DNA of 64,000 nt, taken from NCBI GenBank assembly GCA_964291415.2, contig OZ219920.1:576001-640000 (forward strand), read 5' to 3'. The notes beneath the pieces were generated by a model. The model was not told where the DNA came from. It was given only the letters and a program-made list of their open reading frames with translations, and did no database searches. This DNA comes from Alphaproteobacteria bacterium (GTDB lineage Bacteria; Pseudomonadota; Alphaproteobacteria; SP197). Of this stretch, positions 23,196 through 33,529 are shown in pieces. Position 1 is the first letter of the stretch. Every line of letters begins with the position of its first letter. The position numbers and the translations under genes are program-made.

Positions 23196-24707
23196 ATGTT
23201 CAATCTTGCCAGCAACCTGGAAAGCGCCGCCGCCAGTTTCCCGGGGCGCGAGGCCATCGTGTTCGCCGGGCGGCGGTGGACCTACGCCGAGCTGGAGGAG
23301 CAGGCGGGCCGGGTGGCCAACGGCCTCTACCGCGCCGGTATCCGGGAAGGGGATCACGTGGCTCTGGTCTGCCCCAACCGGCCGGAGTTCGTGACGAGCT
23401 ATTTCGGCATCCTGAAAGTCGGCGCCGTGGTCGTGTGTGTCAGCGCGTTGCTGAAGGCCCGGGAGATCGCCTACCAGCTCGAGCACTCCGACGCCGTGGC
23501 CATGATCGCCTATGGCGGCGACGACATGACGATCGGAAACCATGCCCGTGAAGCCTTCGAGGAGGTCGGCGCCTGTCGCCGGGCCTGGTTCATCGGCATG
23601 GAGAGTTTTGATGAACTGGTCGGGGACGAGGACGGGACCTTCGAAAGCGCTTCCGTATCCGGTGAGGCGACGGCCGTCATTCTCTACACGTCGGGCACCA
23701 CCGGATTTCCCAAGGGTGCGGAACTGAGCCACGCCAACATCATCATGAACGTCATGGTGCTGGCCCGCATCAAGCCACCACTTGAGGAAGGCGGAAAGAC
23801 CCTGATCGCGCTGCCGCTCTTTCACGTCATGGCGCAAACCTGTGCCATGCACCTTGCCATCTACAACGCCATGACGATCGTCCTGGTCCAGCGCTTCAGG
23901 GCGGCCGACGTGATCAGGCTGATGCTGGAGGAGGGCATCACCGGCCTTCATGGCGTGCCGACGATGTACAGGGCCATCCTCGACTGCGCGGAGGTGACGC
24001 AAGACGAAAGGACGATGCTGGCCGAGCAGCTCGAGTCATTCTCGGCCGGTGGCGCATCCTTGCTGCCTGAACTGCAGAAGGAGTGCATGGAGACCTATTC
24101 GGTCAGCATGTCGAACGGCTACGGCGCCACGGAAACTTCGCCCGCCTCGTGCTTTCACCAGACAAGTGGCGCCATCCCGCTCGGTTCCATCGGCACCGCT
24201 GCCTGGGGTGTCCGGCTGAAGATCGTGGACGGAACGGGTGGCGACGTGCCGGCAGGCGAGGTCGGTGAACTCCTCGTGCGCGGCCATTGCGTCATGAAAG
24301 GCTACTACAAGGACCCGGAAGCCACGGCCGAAGCAATCCGCGACGGCTGGTATCACACCGGCGATCTCGCGAGAATGGACGGGGACGGCCACGTCTTCAT
24401 TGTCGGGCGCAAGAAGGAGCTGATCATCCGAGGCGGATTCAACGTGTACCCGGCGGAGGTTGAGGGCGTGCTCCTCGAACACCCGGCCATTTCCCAGGCA
24501 GCTGTCGTCGGTGTGTCCGACCCGGTTTACGGGGAAGAGGTGAAGGCCTTCATCACCACGAGGCCAGGATCGTCGCTGAACGCTTCTGATGTTGTCAATT
24601 GGGCAAGGAATGAACTGGGGGCGCACAAGTACCCCCGCCTTGTCGAAATCAGGGAGACCCTGCCACTCGGCCCCACGGGCAAGGTGCTCAAGAGGATGCT
24701 GACATGA
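23196..24707 (+). CDS. Long-chain fatty acid--CoA ligase (AMP-binding)
   Basis: YTSGTTGFPKG, GYGATE, TGDLA, GRKKE, TGKVLK. Confidence 0.93.
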   Translation: MFNLASNLESAAASFPGREAIVFAGRRWTYAELEEQAGRVANGLYRAGIREGDHVALVCPNRPEFVTSYFGILKVGAVVVCVSALLKAREIAYQLEHSDAVAMIAYGGDDMTIGNHAREAFEEVGACRRAWFIGMESFDELVGDEDGTFESASVSGEATAVILYTSGTTGFPKGAELSHANIIMNVMVLARIKPPLEEGGKTLIALPLFHVMAQTCAMHLAIYNAMTIVLVQRFRAADVIRLMLEEGITGLHGVPTMYRAILDCAEVTQDERTMLAEQLESFSAGGASLLPELQKECMETYSVSMSNGYGATETSPASCFHQTSGAIPLGSIGTAAWGVRLKIVDGTGGDVPAGEVGELLVRGHCVMKGYYKDPEATAEAIRDGWYHTGDLARMDGDGHVFIVGRKKELIIRGGFNVYPAEVEGVLLEHPAISQAAVVGVSDPVYGEEVKAFITTRPGSSLNASDVVNWARNELGAHKYPRLVEIRETLPLGPTGKVLKRMLT

Positions 24708-24939
24708 TGGGTGTTTCGCAAAGCGAAGTCATCGTACGTCATGGTATCGCCGCCGGATACAGGATTGGTACGAAGGACGGCCCAGAGACCTTCTTGTCAA
24801 CTCCTCCATCGATCCAGGCAACGGTGCCGGGCCGGTTGTGAAGAGCGGGGCAAGCCCGTTGCAAAGTCGAATTCGTGAAGCGGCGCGGTCAACGTCAATC
24901 AGGTCTGACGTCTTCTCTGGCAATGCCGGACGGTCGGGC

Positions 24940-26259
24940 TTACGGCAGTTTCCATAACCGGGATATTGGTACTGCGTGGAAGCGACTGCCGAAGGGGACG
25001 CATGTTTCACCGTCGTAGAGCACTACGCCGCGAGCGAAACGGTTGCCGACTGCACTTTCGAGTTTGCGCAACCCGCGAAAGTCGGTCGAATTCACTGTGG
25101 CCGCCGCCTTGATTTCCACGCCGGCGACATCACCCGACGCCTGCTCGATGACAATGTCCGTCTCGACACCGTCCTTGTCTCGAAAATGAAAGAACTCGGT
25201 CGGTGTGTCGTGCCAACTGGCTTGCCTTCGCAATTCCTGATACGCGAACGTCTCCAGGAAATGTCCCAGCAGAGTTCTGTCTGCCGCGAGCGCCTTGGCG
25301 TTGGCGCCGAGCAAGGCTGCGGCGAGACCGGTGTCGTTGACATGCAACTTCGGGCTCTTGACCAGCCGCTTCATTCGGTTGCTGTGCCAGGCCGGGAGCC
25401 GTTCCAGCAGGAAAAGCCTCTCAAGGAGCGTGACGTAATCCCGGATTGACGGCCGGCTGAGCTCGAATGGCGAGGCCAGGCTGCTGAGGTTGAAGAGCTG
25501 GGCCGTGTGTGCGGCCGCGGCACGGAGGAGTCTTGGCAGCACGTCGAGCGAGCGGACTCGCGTGATGTCTCGCGCGTCACGCTGGACGAGTGCTTCCACG
25601 TAGTCGCGATACCAGTTCGCCAGGCGCCTCGGGGTCGGGCGCGCCAATGCCGCTGGATAACCGCCGGCAACGATCTTTTCGACAAGCTGCCCTGCGAGAC
25701 GATCGCAATGGAACATTGGGAAACCGTCACCGAACAAGGCGTTCAGAAAGTCCGCATCGGGACAAGACGGGCTTGATCGACCCGTGAGCTCAAACTGTGT
25801 CAAAGGATGCAAGGGCACGATTTGTATGCGTCCCGCGAGGGAATCCGACAATTGCGGAACAAGAAAGACATTGGTGGAGCCCGTAAGCAGGAAACGTCCG
25901 GGTGCCCGCTGGCGGTCCACGGAAATCTTGATGGCCTCGAACAGCTCGGGAACACGCTGGACTTCGTCAAGGATGACGCGCTCCGGCAGGTCAGCAACGA
26001 AACCCGTCGGGTCCGTCCGGGCGCCGTCTCTCGCGACAGGATCGTCGAAACTGAAGTACCTGTAGTCCTGATCGTCCTGAGAATAACCCCAAGCGGGTCC
26101 GCCGCCGCCCCGGTTCACATAGTTCGGCGCACAGGTGATCTGAGCGAGCGTTGTCTTGCCGCTCTGACGGGGGCCGTGAATCAGCACGACCGGTGAATCC
26201 TCGAGCGCTTCGACAAGCCGGCGTTCGACGGATCGGGGGTAGAAGACCGGATTCGACAT
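24940..26259 (-). CDS. AAA_14 ATPase with DUF4143 and C-terminal PD-(D/E)XK-like region
   Basis: GPRQSGKTT, ILDEVQR, LTGS, KSPKLHVNDTGL, ETDIVIE..GVEIK. Confidence 0.9.
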   Translation of the reverse strand: MSNPVFYPRSVERRLVEALEDSPVVLIHGPRQSGKTTLAQITCAPNYVNRGGGGPAWGYSQDDQDYRYFSFDDPVARDGARTDPTGFVADLPERVILDEVQRVPELFEAIKISVDRQRAPGRFLLTGSTNVFLVPQLSDSLAGRIQIVPLHPLTQFELTGRSSPSCPDADFLNALFGDGFPMFHCDRLAGQLVEKIVAGGYPAALARPTPRRLANWYRDYVEALVQRDARDITRVRSLDVLPRLLRAAAAHTAQLFNLSSLASPFELSRPSIRDYVTLLERLFLLERLPAWHSNRMKRLVKSPKLHVNDTGLAAALLGANAKALAADRTLLGHFLETFAYQELRRQASWHDTPTEFFHFRDKDGVETDIVIEQASGDVAGVEIKAAATVNSTDFRGLRKLESAVGNRFARGVVLYDGETCVPFGSRFHAVPISRLWKLP

Positions 26260-26345
26260 CGGCCAAATGTAAGTTCAGAGTGCGGCCAATTGCAAGCTCA
26301 CAGTGCGGCTGATTGTAAGAATTTGTCTCGTCCAATTGGAGGAAG
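26260..26345. repeat. Three to four imperfect 23-bp tandem repeats (core CGGCCAATTGTAAG)
   Basis: Units start at 26261, 26284, 26307 and 26330, directly upstream of the AAA_14 start codon. Confidence 0.75.
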
Positions 26346-26747
26346 ATACGTCCGATGCAGTTGAGCGAGCGTTCGTCCGGCGGCGGTCCAACAGGGGCTG
26401 GCCAGCCAACTCGGGTGCCATGTCCTCGCTATGTGCGCCAGGACAACGCAGTTGAAGGGGCTCTCTTGACAACAGCCTATGCCAGCTCCGCCGGCGTGAT
26501 GTGCGCTCCGATGCTGTCCCCCGGACCGCACAGCTCCCGATTATCGGCGGTCCCTCGCCGAGGGCCAGGTGAAGGAATGGAGCAAGTTATGGAGACGCGC
26601 GTCTTCGGTCCCGGCACGCATTCGAACAAGGTGCCAGACAGTGATGTTCCGTGACATGGGCCGCGTGGTATCGTCCGTGGCGGGGAAGACGTACAGGCGG
26701 CAGGACACGATCGTTGTTCGGCACCATCGGTGCGTGAACGGTAGGGC

Positions 26748-28406
26748 ATGATGGCGAAAGCAACGGACTACATCGTGATTGGCGCAGGGTCCGCCGGGTG
26801 TGTGCTCGCAAGCCGGTTGAGCGAGGACCCGCATGTGACGGTGAAGGTGCTGGAGGCCGGTCCGTCGGATCGCAGCCTGTGGTTGCTGCGCATGCCGGCG
26901 GCGGCGTGGATCATCATCAACGGCAAGCGTTACAACTGGCGGTACTTCTCCGAGCCCGAGCCCGGCATGGACAACCGCCGGCTTCTCTATCCGCGGGGCA
27001 AGGTCCTGGGCGGATCGTCGTCGATCAACGGCATGGTGTACCTGAGGGGCAATCCACTCGACTACGACCATTGGGCGACCAACCGCCTCGACAACTGGTC
27101 GTTCGCCCACTGCCTTCCCTATTTCCGGAAGATGGAAAAGACCGACCGTGGCGACGACGCATTCCGCGGCCGCGACGGTCCTCTGGAGATCACCGTGGGC
27201 GGTGACAGCAGCCCTCTCTATCAGGCCTATGTCGAGGCCGGCCAGCAGGCCGGCTATCCCTTCAACGAGGATGTGAACGGCTATCGCCAGGAAGGGGTCT
27301 TCTTCATGGAGCGCACGGTGCTGGGCGGGGTGCGCAACTCGGCGGCACGAGCCTGGCTTCATCCCGCGCTCCATCGCCCCAACCTCGAGGCCCTGACCAA
27401 CGCCACCATCAACCGCATTCTCTTCGAGGGCAGTCGCGCCGTCGGTGTCGAATACATCCAGGGCGGTCGATCGAAGACCATGCGGGCCGAACGGGGTGTC
27501 GTGCTGAGCGCCGGCACCTTCAACTCCCCTCAGATCCTGCTGCGTTCGGGGATCGGGCATGCCGATGAATTGAGGGAGCACGGTATCGACGTGGTGCGTC
27601 ATCTCCCCGGCGTCGGCCGCAATCTCCAGGACCATCTCGACTGGACCATTCAGTACCAGTGCAAGCAGCCGGTCTCCCATTATCCTGCGACGAAGCCCCT
27701 TGGCCAGGCCCTGGCCGGTGTCGAGTGGCTGCTGGCCAAGCGGGGCGTTGCGGCCTCCAACCTCTTCGAGGCCGGCGGCTACTTTCGCAGCCGTCCCGGC
27801 ATCGAGTACCCCAACATCCAGCATCACTTCGTTGCCGCTGCCATGAATCTTGACGGCTCGGTGCCCTGCAAGGATCACGCCTTCCAGATCCACATCAGCC
27901 AGATGCGCCCGACCAGCCGGGGCTACGTCCGCCTGAAGTCTGCCGACCCCTTCGATCCACCTCGCATCCGGTTCAACCACCTTGAGACCGAGAACGACCG
28001 CCTTGAATTCCGGGAGGGACTTGAACTCACCCGCGAGATCGCCGCCCAGAAAGCACTCGCCCCCTACCGTGGACGGGAATTCGCTCCGGGCGAGGACGTC
28101 TCGTCCCGGGAGGACGTCGATGCCTTTGCACGCCGCGTTGGAGAGACAGAGCATCACCCGGCCTCGACCTGCAAGATGGGCTATGACGACGATGCCGTGG
28201 TCGACCGCGATACCCGGGTTCATGGCTTCGACAATCTTCACGTGGTCGACGCATCGATCATGCCCAATGTGGTCACCGCCAATCTCAATGCGACCTGCCT
28301 GATGCTGGGCGAAAAGGCTGCGGACCTCATTGCCGGACGGGAACCCCTGGCTCCCGACTACACGCCGTTCCATCGGGCGCCCGACTGGCAGACCACGCAG
28401 AGATAG
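26748..28406 (+). CDS. GMC oxidoreductase, choline dehydrogenase-like
   Basis: GAGSAG FAD motif, RGKVLGGSSSING, NLQDH, HPASTC, ANLNAT. Confidence 0.92.
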   Translation: MMAKATDYIVIGAGSAGCVLASRLSEDPHVTVKVLEAGPSDRSLWLLRMPAAAWIIINGKRYNWRYFSEPEPGMDNRRLLYPRGKVLGGSSSINGMVYLRGNPLDYDHWATNRLDNWSFAHCLPYFRKMEKTDRGDDAFRGRDGPLEITVGGDSSPLYQAYVEAGQQAGYPFNEDVNGYRQEGVFFMERTVLGGVRNSAARAWLHPALHRPNLEALTNATINRILFEGSRAVGVEYIQGGRSKTMRAERGVVLSAGTFNSPQILLRSGIGHADELREHGIDVVRHLPGVGRNLQDHLDWTIQYQCKQPVSHYPATKPLGQALAGVEWLLAKRGVAASNLFEAGGYFRSRPGIEYPNIQHHFVAAAMNLDGSVPCKDHAFQIHISQMRPTSRGYVRLKSADPFDPPRIRFNHLETENDRLEFREGLELTREIAAQKALAPYRGREFAPGEDVSSREDVDAFARRVGETEHHPASTCKMGYDDDAVVDRDTRVHGFDNLHVVDASIMPNVVTANLNATCLMLGEKAADLIAGREPLAPDYTPFHRAPDWQTTQR

Positions 28407-28470
28407 GACACACGCGGGTGACCAGGACGGCGCCACGCGACGCAAATGAACGGCAACCAGGGACAATGAC

Positions 28471-29178
28471 ATGACCGATGAACCGACAGCCGACGAGATC
28501 GCCTCGCTCGTCGGTATCGACACGCCGACCATCTGCAACCTGCTGGAGATGGTGGTACCGGAAAGGCGCGGGTTCGGCTTCACCGTTCAGCACCTGCACT
28601 GCCTCTTTCCCCACATGAAACCCATCGTCGGATTCGCCAGGACGGCGACGATGAGAGCCAAGGATCCGGCTGGATGGACGCCGGACGAGGCACGATCCCG
28701 TCGCGACCGGTATCTCGACTACGTTGCCGACGGCGACGTTCCCAAGATCTGCGTGGTCCAGGATGTCGATGAACGCCCGGGGTATGGCGCACTCTTCGGA
28801 GAAGTCAACAGCACCGTTCACAAGGCGCTCGGCTGTCTGGGGCTTGTGACCGACGGCAGCGTACGGGATATCGATCAGCTGGCCCCCGACTTCCAGGTGC
28901 TGGCCGGCCTCGTCGCGCCGTCGCATGCCTTCGTCCACGTCGCCCAGTGGGCATGCGAGGTCAACATCAACGGCATGGTCGTGCAGGACGGAGACCTCAT
29001 CCACGCGGACCGTCACGGTGCGGTCGTCGTTCCGCTGGCGGCGGTGAGAGGTGTCCTCGAGAGCCTGGATCTCATGGTGCGCCGCGAGGCTGTCATACTC
29101 GAGGCGGCGCGGCGTCCCGGGGCCACTGTCGATGACATCAAGGAAGCGTGGAAGCGATCGGACCGGATCAGGGAGTGA
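28471..29178 (+). CDS. RraA/HMG-aldolase family protein
   Basis: DTPTICN, FGEVN, VTDGSVRD, GDLIHADRHG. Confidence 0.88.
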   Translation: MTDEPTADEIASLVGIDTPTICNLLEMVVPERRGFGFTVQHLHCLFPHMKPIVGFARTATMRAKDPAGWTPDEARSRRDRYLDYVADGDVPKICVVQDVDERPGYGALFGEVNSTVHKALGCLGLVTDGSVRDIDQLAPDFQVLAGLVAPSHAFVHVAQWACEVNINGMVVQDGDLIHADRHGAVVVPLAAVRGVLESLDLMVRREAVILEAARRPGATVDDIKEAWKRSDRIRE

Positions 29179-30166
29179 AGCGGTACGCCTTGTCGTTCCG
29201 GTGCCTGATGGGCCCGAAGAGTAGGACTCTGAAACGCTGTTCGACAGTCGTCGCGTGAATGCACCGGTGCTTTCGCAGCTTCCCGACCTCGGCGAACCAC
29301 GTGCTGAGGTTGTGCGGATCTATGTTCAAATCGAAACCTCGATGCACTCATCTGGCGCTATCTGTTCGATCACGGCCACAATCTGCTCGATGCGAGGCCA
29401 AGACGTGCACAGTAGCACCAGCACCGACAAGTTCCGCCTTGCGAGACTCTGTTGATGACGCAAGCTCTGATCCGTCGTGACCAGCGGCTTGAAGCCACCT
29501 GCCTCGGTGCGATTTAGCATTGCGCTGGTGAGAAGGCGCGACCATACGCGCGAAAAAGCGGTCTCCACGCAGTGATTCGACAGGTTTCCGCGCAGAGCGC
29601 GCTGAACCGACGGAGAAGAACGGCTCTACAAGCGCTGTCGTTGACGTTCGAAGGGCTTTCGCGGGGAGGCCAGGACTTGACGCGGGTGGGACTGAGTTGT
29701 CAGCCGGCGACCTCAACAATATCAAGATCCAAGCTTGTCTCAAGGCCGGGGCGATCGACTTCAACGACTTGCTAACGCACTTCGCGCTTGATCATCCATC
29801 ACGCGGTCAGTCCACGAGGTGTGGTGCTAAGTTCAGATCTTTCCGTGACTTCGAGTTTTTGACAATCCCTACCTGCGGCATTGCCAGTTGCGTGCCTGCG
29901 CCGCACTAGAGTAGCCGTTATGGGATGGACTGTTCCTTGGTTAGAGTGCATGTTGTGAGGTCTGTGTTTGGTGTGGCAGTGGTATCCTGCTGACAGAATC
30001 GCGCCTTGCTCAGACCAAGCGCCGATCACCACGGCTGGGACACTTTAAATGGCTATCTGGGTGCAACGCCGGAGCGCTTGTTGTGAGACCAATAGATGTG
30101 TCGGGCTGGGCTGCCGCTCCAAGCGGCGGGAACGAGGCCCATTCCGGTTGACTGTGGTGATCCACG

Positions 30167-31432
30167 GTGACTAGCGAAGCGAGTGCGGGCGAACGCCCTG
30201 CCACGCTCAGAGCGATCCAGGCCCGCAACTATCGTAGCCTGCGGCACGTTGACTTGCGATTCGACGGGAACTTCTACGTCCTCGTCGGTCCGAACGGTAG
30301 CGGAAAGAGCACGCTATTGGACGCGATTGCGTTCTTGACTGACTTCGTTCAGCAGGGACTGGAACGGGCGGTGGGGAAGCGCACGCGAAACTTCCAGGAT
30401 CTCGTGTGGGGCCGCCCGGCTAAGTCGCCTAGCTTCGAACTGGCGGCGGAGTTCGCAGTGGGTACTCAGATGCTTCGCTACGAGTTGCGGGTCGAGGAAT
30501 CCAGCGATGGCGTAAAGGTGGCGCGCGAGAACGGATACCTTGCCCGCCTCACGCCTAAGGAGTTTGAGATAAGCGCAAGATCCAGTTCTATTGTTCAGAC
30601 ATCCGACAGCAGGCCGCAACAAATCTTTGGCCGGAACGAGCGCCGCAACGTCGCGTGGATCCGCTCCGAGAACAAGGAAGGGGGCGAAATTCAAATCGCC
30701 CACCGCCACAACGAGAACAGTGTGATTGATTTCCTTTCGATGTTGCACGGAGTTTCGCTCAGCGACGAAGAAGAGATGGACTTCTCCGTCTCGTTGCGGA
30801 TCACGAACACGCTAAAGCGGCACGGAGTGCAGCGCCTCCAACTGGACGGCCGGAAACTCAGGCAAGCGTCGAAGTCGAACGGGGACGATGGTAGCCGGTT
30901 GGCGGACGACGGCAGCAATTTGCCCCGCGTGTTGGAAAGGCTGAAGTCGGATCCCAAGGAGTGGGAGAGGTGGCTTGAGCACGTGCGCTTCGCATCGCCG
31001 GAGCTTGAGGGGATCAGAATCGTTCATCGAGAGGACGACCGCCACGACTACCTGATGGTCAAACACGCCGGCGTCGAAGTGCCGTCTTGGGGCGTCTCAG
31101 AAGGCACGCTGCGGTTGTTCGCCCTGACCGTGATCGCCTACCTTCAGGAGTTTCCTTTGGCGTATCTGTTGGAGGAGCCTGAGAATGGCATCCATCCGAT
31201 GGCCATTGAGTTTGCCTACCAGGCTTTGTCGGCAGTCTACGGCACACAAGTCTTCATCGCCTCCCACTCGCCGACGTTGCTGCGCTGCGTCGAAGTAGAC
31301 GAGGTCCTGTGTTTCGGTTACGACCCGAAAAGAGGGACGGCAATCGTTCCCGGTGGTGAGCATCCGCGATTAGGGGAATGGCGAGGTTCAGTGGACGATA
31401 GCGTGTTCTGGGCGGCAGACATCCTGTCGTGA
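30167..31432 (+). CDS. ABC-type (AAA_21) ATPase, MAD3/AriA-like
   Basis: NYRSL, GPNGSGKS, SEGTLR, LLEEPENGIHP, ASHSP. Confidence 0.88.
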   Translation: MTSEASAGERPATLRAIQARNYRSLRHVDLRFDGNFYVLVGPNGSGKSTLLDAIAFLTDFVQQGLERAVGKRTRNFQDLVWGRPAKSPSFELAAEFAVGTQMLRYELRVEESSDGVKVARENGYLARLTPKEFEISARSSSIVQTSDSRPQQIFGRNERRNVAWIRSENKEGGEIQIAHRHNENSVIDFLSMLHGVSLSDEEEMDFSVSLRITNTLKRHGVQRLQLDGRKLRQASKSNGDDGSRLADDGSNLPRVLERLKSDPKEWERWLEHVRFASPELEGIRIVHREDDRHDYLMVKHAGVEVPSWGVSEGTLRLFALTVIAYLQEFPLAYLLEEPENGIHPMAIEFAYQALSAVYGTQVFIASHSPTLLRCVEVDEVLCFGYDPKRGTAIVPGGEHPRLGEWRGSVDDSVFWAADILS

Positions 31433-32067
31433 AAGACTTGTTGATACTCGCGGCCGACGCAGATATCGAGGCGACGATGCGTGGCCTTTTGAACCAACGA
31501 CAAGCAGCACTCGGAATACGAAACATTGAATTCACGATCACCAGGCATCCGAACAGGGATCCGGGGTGCCGCCGGCAGGCGGCATCAACTACGCGTGGTT
31601 ACGTCCACGACCACCAGTACGCTTTGGTGCTGTTCGACAAGGAAGGTTGCGGGGACGAGGGGGCGGAACGGCGGTGCATCCAGGGCGCTGTGGAAGAGGA
31701 TCTGAGCCGCAACGGGTGGGAGAACAGGTCGAAGGTTGTTGTGATCGAGCCTGAACTGGAGACGTGGGTGTGGTCCACGTCCCCGAACGTGAGCAAGGTC
31801 CTCGGGTGGAACGAAGGGACCAGAGTGCTCCGGAACTGGCTGCGTCAACAACACCTTTGGCCCGACGGTGAAGCTAAGCCGCCCGATCCGAAATCAGCTT
31901 TGCAACGAGCGATGATGGAGAAGGGTCACCGCCGTCCGACGGTGGCGACATTCATGGCCCTTTCTCGAAACGTGGGTCTCAATGCGTGCGAGGATCCCGC
32001 ATTCCAGGAAATGCGCGACACACTTCAGGAATGGTTCCCCGCTTCCCATGTTCGTGGCGCGTTGTAG
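31429..32067 (+). CDS. TOPRIM-like partner protein resembling MADS MAD4
   Basis: MKDLLILAAD..IE...HPNRDPG...LFDKEGCG...IEPELETWVW; GTGA coupling to the ATPase; family recalled, not searched. Confidence 0.72.
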   Translation: MKDLLILAADADIEATMRGLLNQRQAALGIRNIEFTITRHPNRDPGCRRQAASTTRGYVHDHQYALVLFDKEGCGDEGAERRCIQGAVEEDLSRNGWENRSKVVVIEPELETWVWSTSPNVSKVLGWNEGTRVLRNWLRQQHLWPDGEAKPPDPKSALQRAMMEKGHRRPTVATFMALSRNVGLNACEDPAFQEMRDTLQEWFPASHVRGAL

Positions 32068-32500
32068 TTCGCGGCCCGAAATCGAGCGACGCCCATTTGA
32101 CGATCACATCCTCGGTCACTCCTTCACTCGAACCGGGCGACCGGCGAGCCGTCCCGTAAGGCTTTACCGTCACGGAGAAAGCGACGTCGGTGGCAGACTC
32201 CAGAGCCTCTCAAGGCGGGACGTTGCACACGAAGCACATTGCGCTGCACGAACTGCTCGAACGCACAGAGGATTGGGTACTCCCTGCCTTCTCCGTCGAA
32301 TTGCAATCCATGAACATGCGAATTGGCTGTTCCGACGGATGCGCGTAGTTGAATGGTCCATCAAGACAGATTCGACACGCAAGAAGGAAGAGATCGCACA
32401 GTCTCTCCGCAAAAGCGAGAAAAAGTGACTCAAGACACTCACTCACGGTGCCGTCCCTCCATCACAAAGCGGAACCGCCTGCTTTAGTGGCACAGCACTC

Positions 32501-32728
32501 TCATGAAGCCGCGAGGTCTTTCAGGCGCCGCGTCTCATGATCCAGCACGCTCTCGACTTGCCAGCGCTCAACTCCGGGAAACCAGTCGCGGAACTGCTCG
32601 ATTGTTGCGCCATCCCTGAGGTTTTCGATCAGCGAGGAAACCGGCACGCGGGATCCTCGAAACAGCCACGCTCCGCTGACCTTCTCGGGATCTCGTTCGA
32701 CAGCTGGACAGTGATCCCACGACATCAT
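32501..32728 (-). CDS. DUF433 antitoxin-like protein
   Basis: DPEKVSGAWLFRGSRVPV..LIENL..GATIEQF..WFP. Confidence 0.88.
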   Translation of the reverse strand: MMSWDHCPAVERDPEKVSGAWLFRGSRVPVSSLIENLRDGATIEQFRDWFPGVERWQVESVLDHETRRLKDLAAS

Positions 32729-32882
32729 CGTTCTTCCTTACCTTGCTCTTTCGCGCACTTTCGCGCGATGGGACCGCGTCAGGGTGCTACAGCCCTGGAC
32801 AAGTTGAGAACCGGGAGTACGTCTGCAGAGCCAATCGCACCAGAGCGCATGGTTCTCCGGTGATGCACCCGGAGGATCAAAC

Positions 32883-33338
32883 TTGGCAAATCGACCTGAG
32901 CCCTTTTTGCTGGCAACTACAGTTGGAATTAAGAGGCCATATCACTCTGTCGGAAGAAGTTGTGGAATCCCCTGGGACAGATTGGACACCTCCTCCATCG
33001 GACGCGACCTCCTTAACGGCGATTGCGTTCCTCGACGCCCGCTCATCATTCACATGTGTGATGAGACCATCAGCAGTCACATGTTCTGCTCGTATCAGGC
33101 TCTTCTGATGCAGAAGGAGCCGTTCCTGCGTGACTTGAGAGCAGGGATCGAGATGGAGCGAGCCGGCGTTCTGCGCGAGTTCGACGCGCTCGCCGAGATC
33201 GAGAAAAGCGGCAAGCGTTGCCTTGTGTACTTCTCGGTCAGGGGCATCACGATTGCCGGAAACATCGGTCTGGAGTTGCTGCCGAACGAGACGCTTCGCA
33301 TCACAAGTGCGGTCAGATCATGTCCGTCGAGCTATTAG
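32883..33338 (+). CDS. Hypothetical protein
   Basis: Open frame with protein-like composition only. Confidence 0.25.
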   Translation: MANRPEPFLLATTVGIKRPYHSVGRSCGIPWDRLDTSSIGRDLLNGDCVPRRPLIIHMCDETISSHMFCSYQALLMQKEPFLRDLRAGIEMERAGVLREFDALAEIEKSGKRCLVYFSVRGITIAGNIGLELLPNETLRITSAVRSCPSSY

Positions 33339-33529
33339 GGGCAGGAATCGGCAGCGCCGATGACCTGGATCGGGCGTGATGACATCGAATGAGGTTTCCG
33401 CTGACAGTGGTGGGAGGTGTGCCTGAAGTCTCGACCTGATGGTGCGCCGTGTGGCGACGCTACGTCGAGGTGCCACCGTCAACGAAACCAAGGAAGGACG
33501 GAAGCGACCGGATCAGGGAGCGAAGCGGT

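Noticed and set aside
26260-26345. 23-bp repeats as a mini-CRISPR
   Set aside because: Repeats are contiguous with no spacers
26541-28583. 680-aa ORF on - (also 48296-50017 and 60064-62148)
   Set aside because: Shadow frames of the GMC oxidoreductase, RecD2 and IS21/Rpn cassettes
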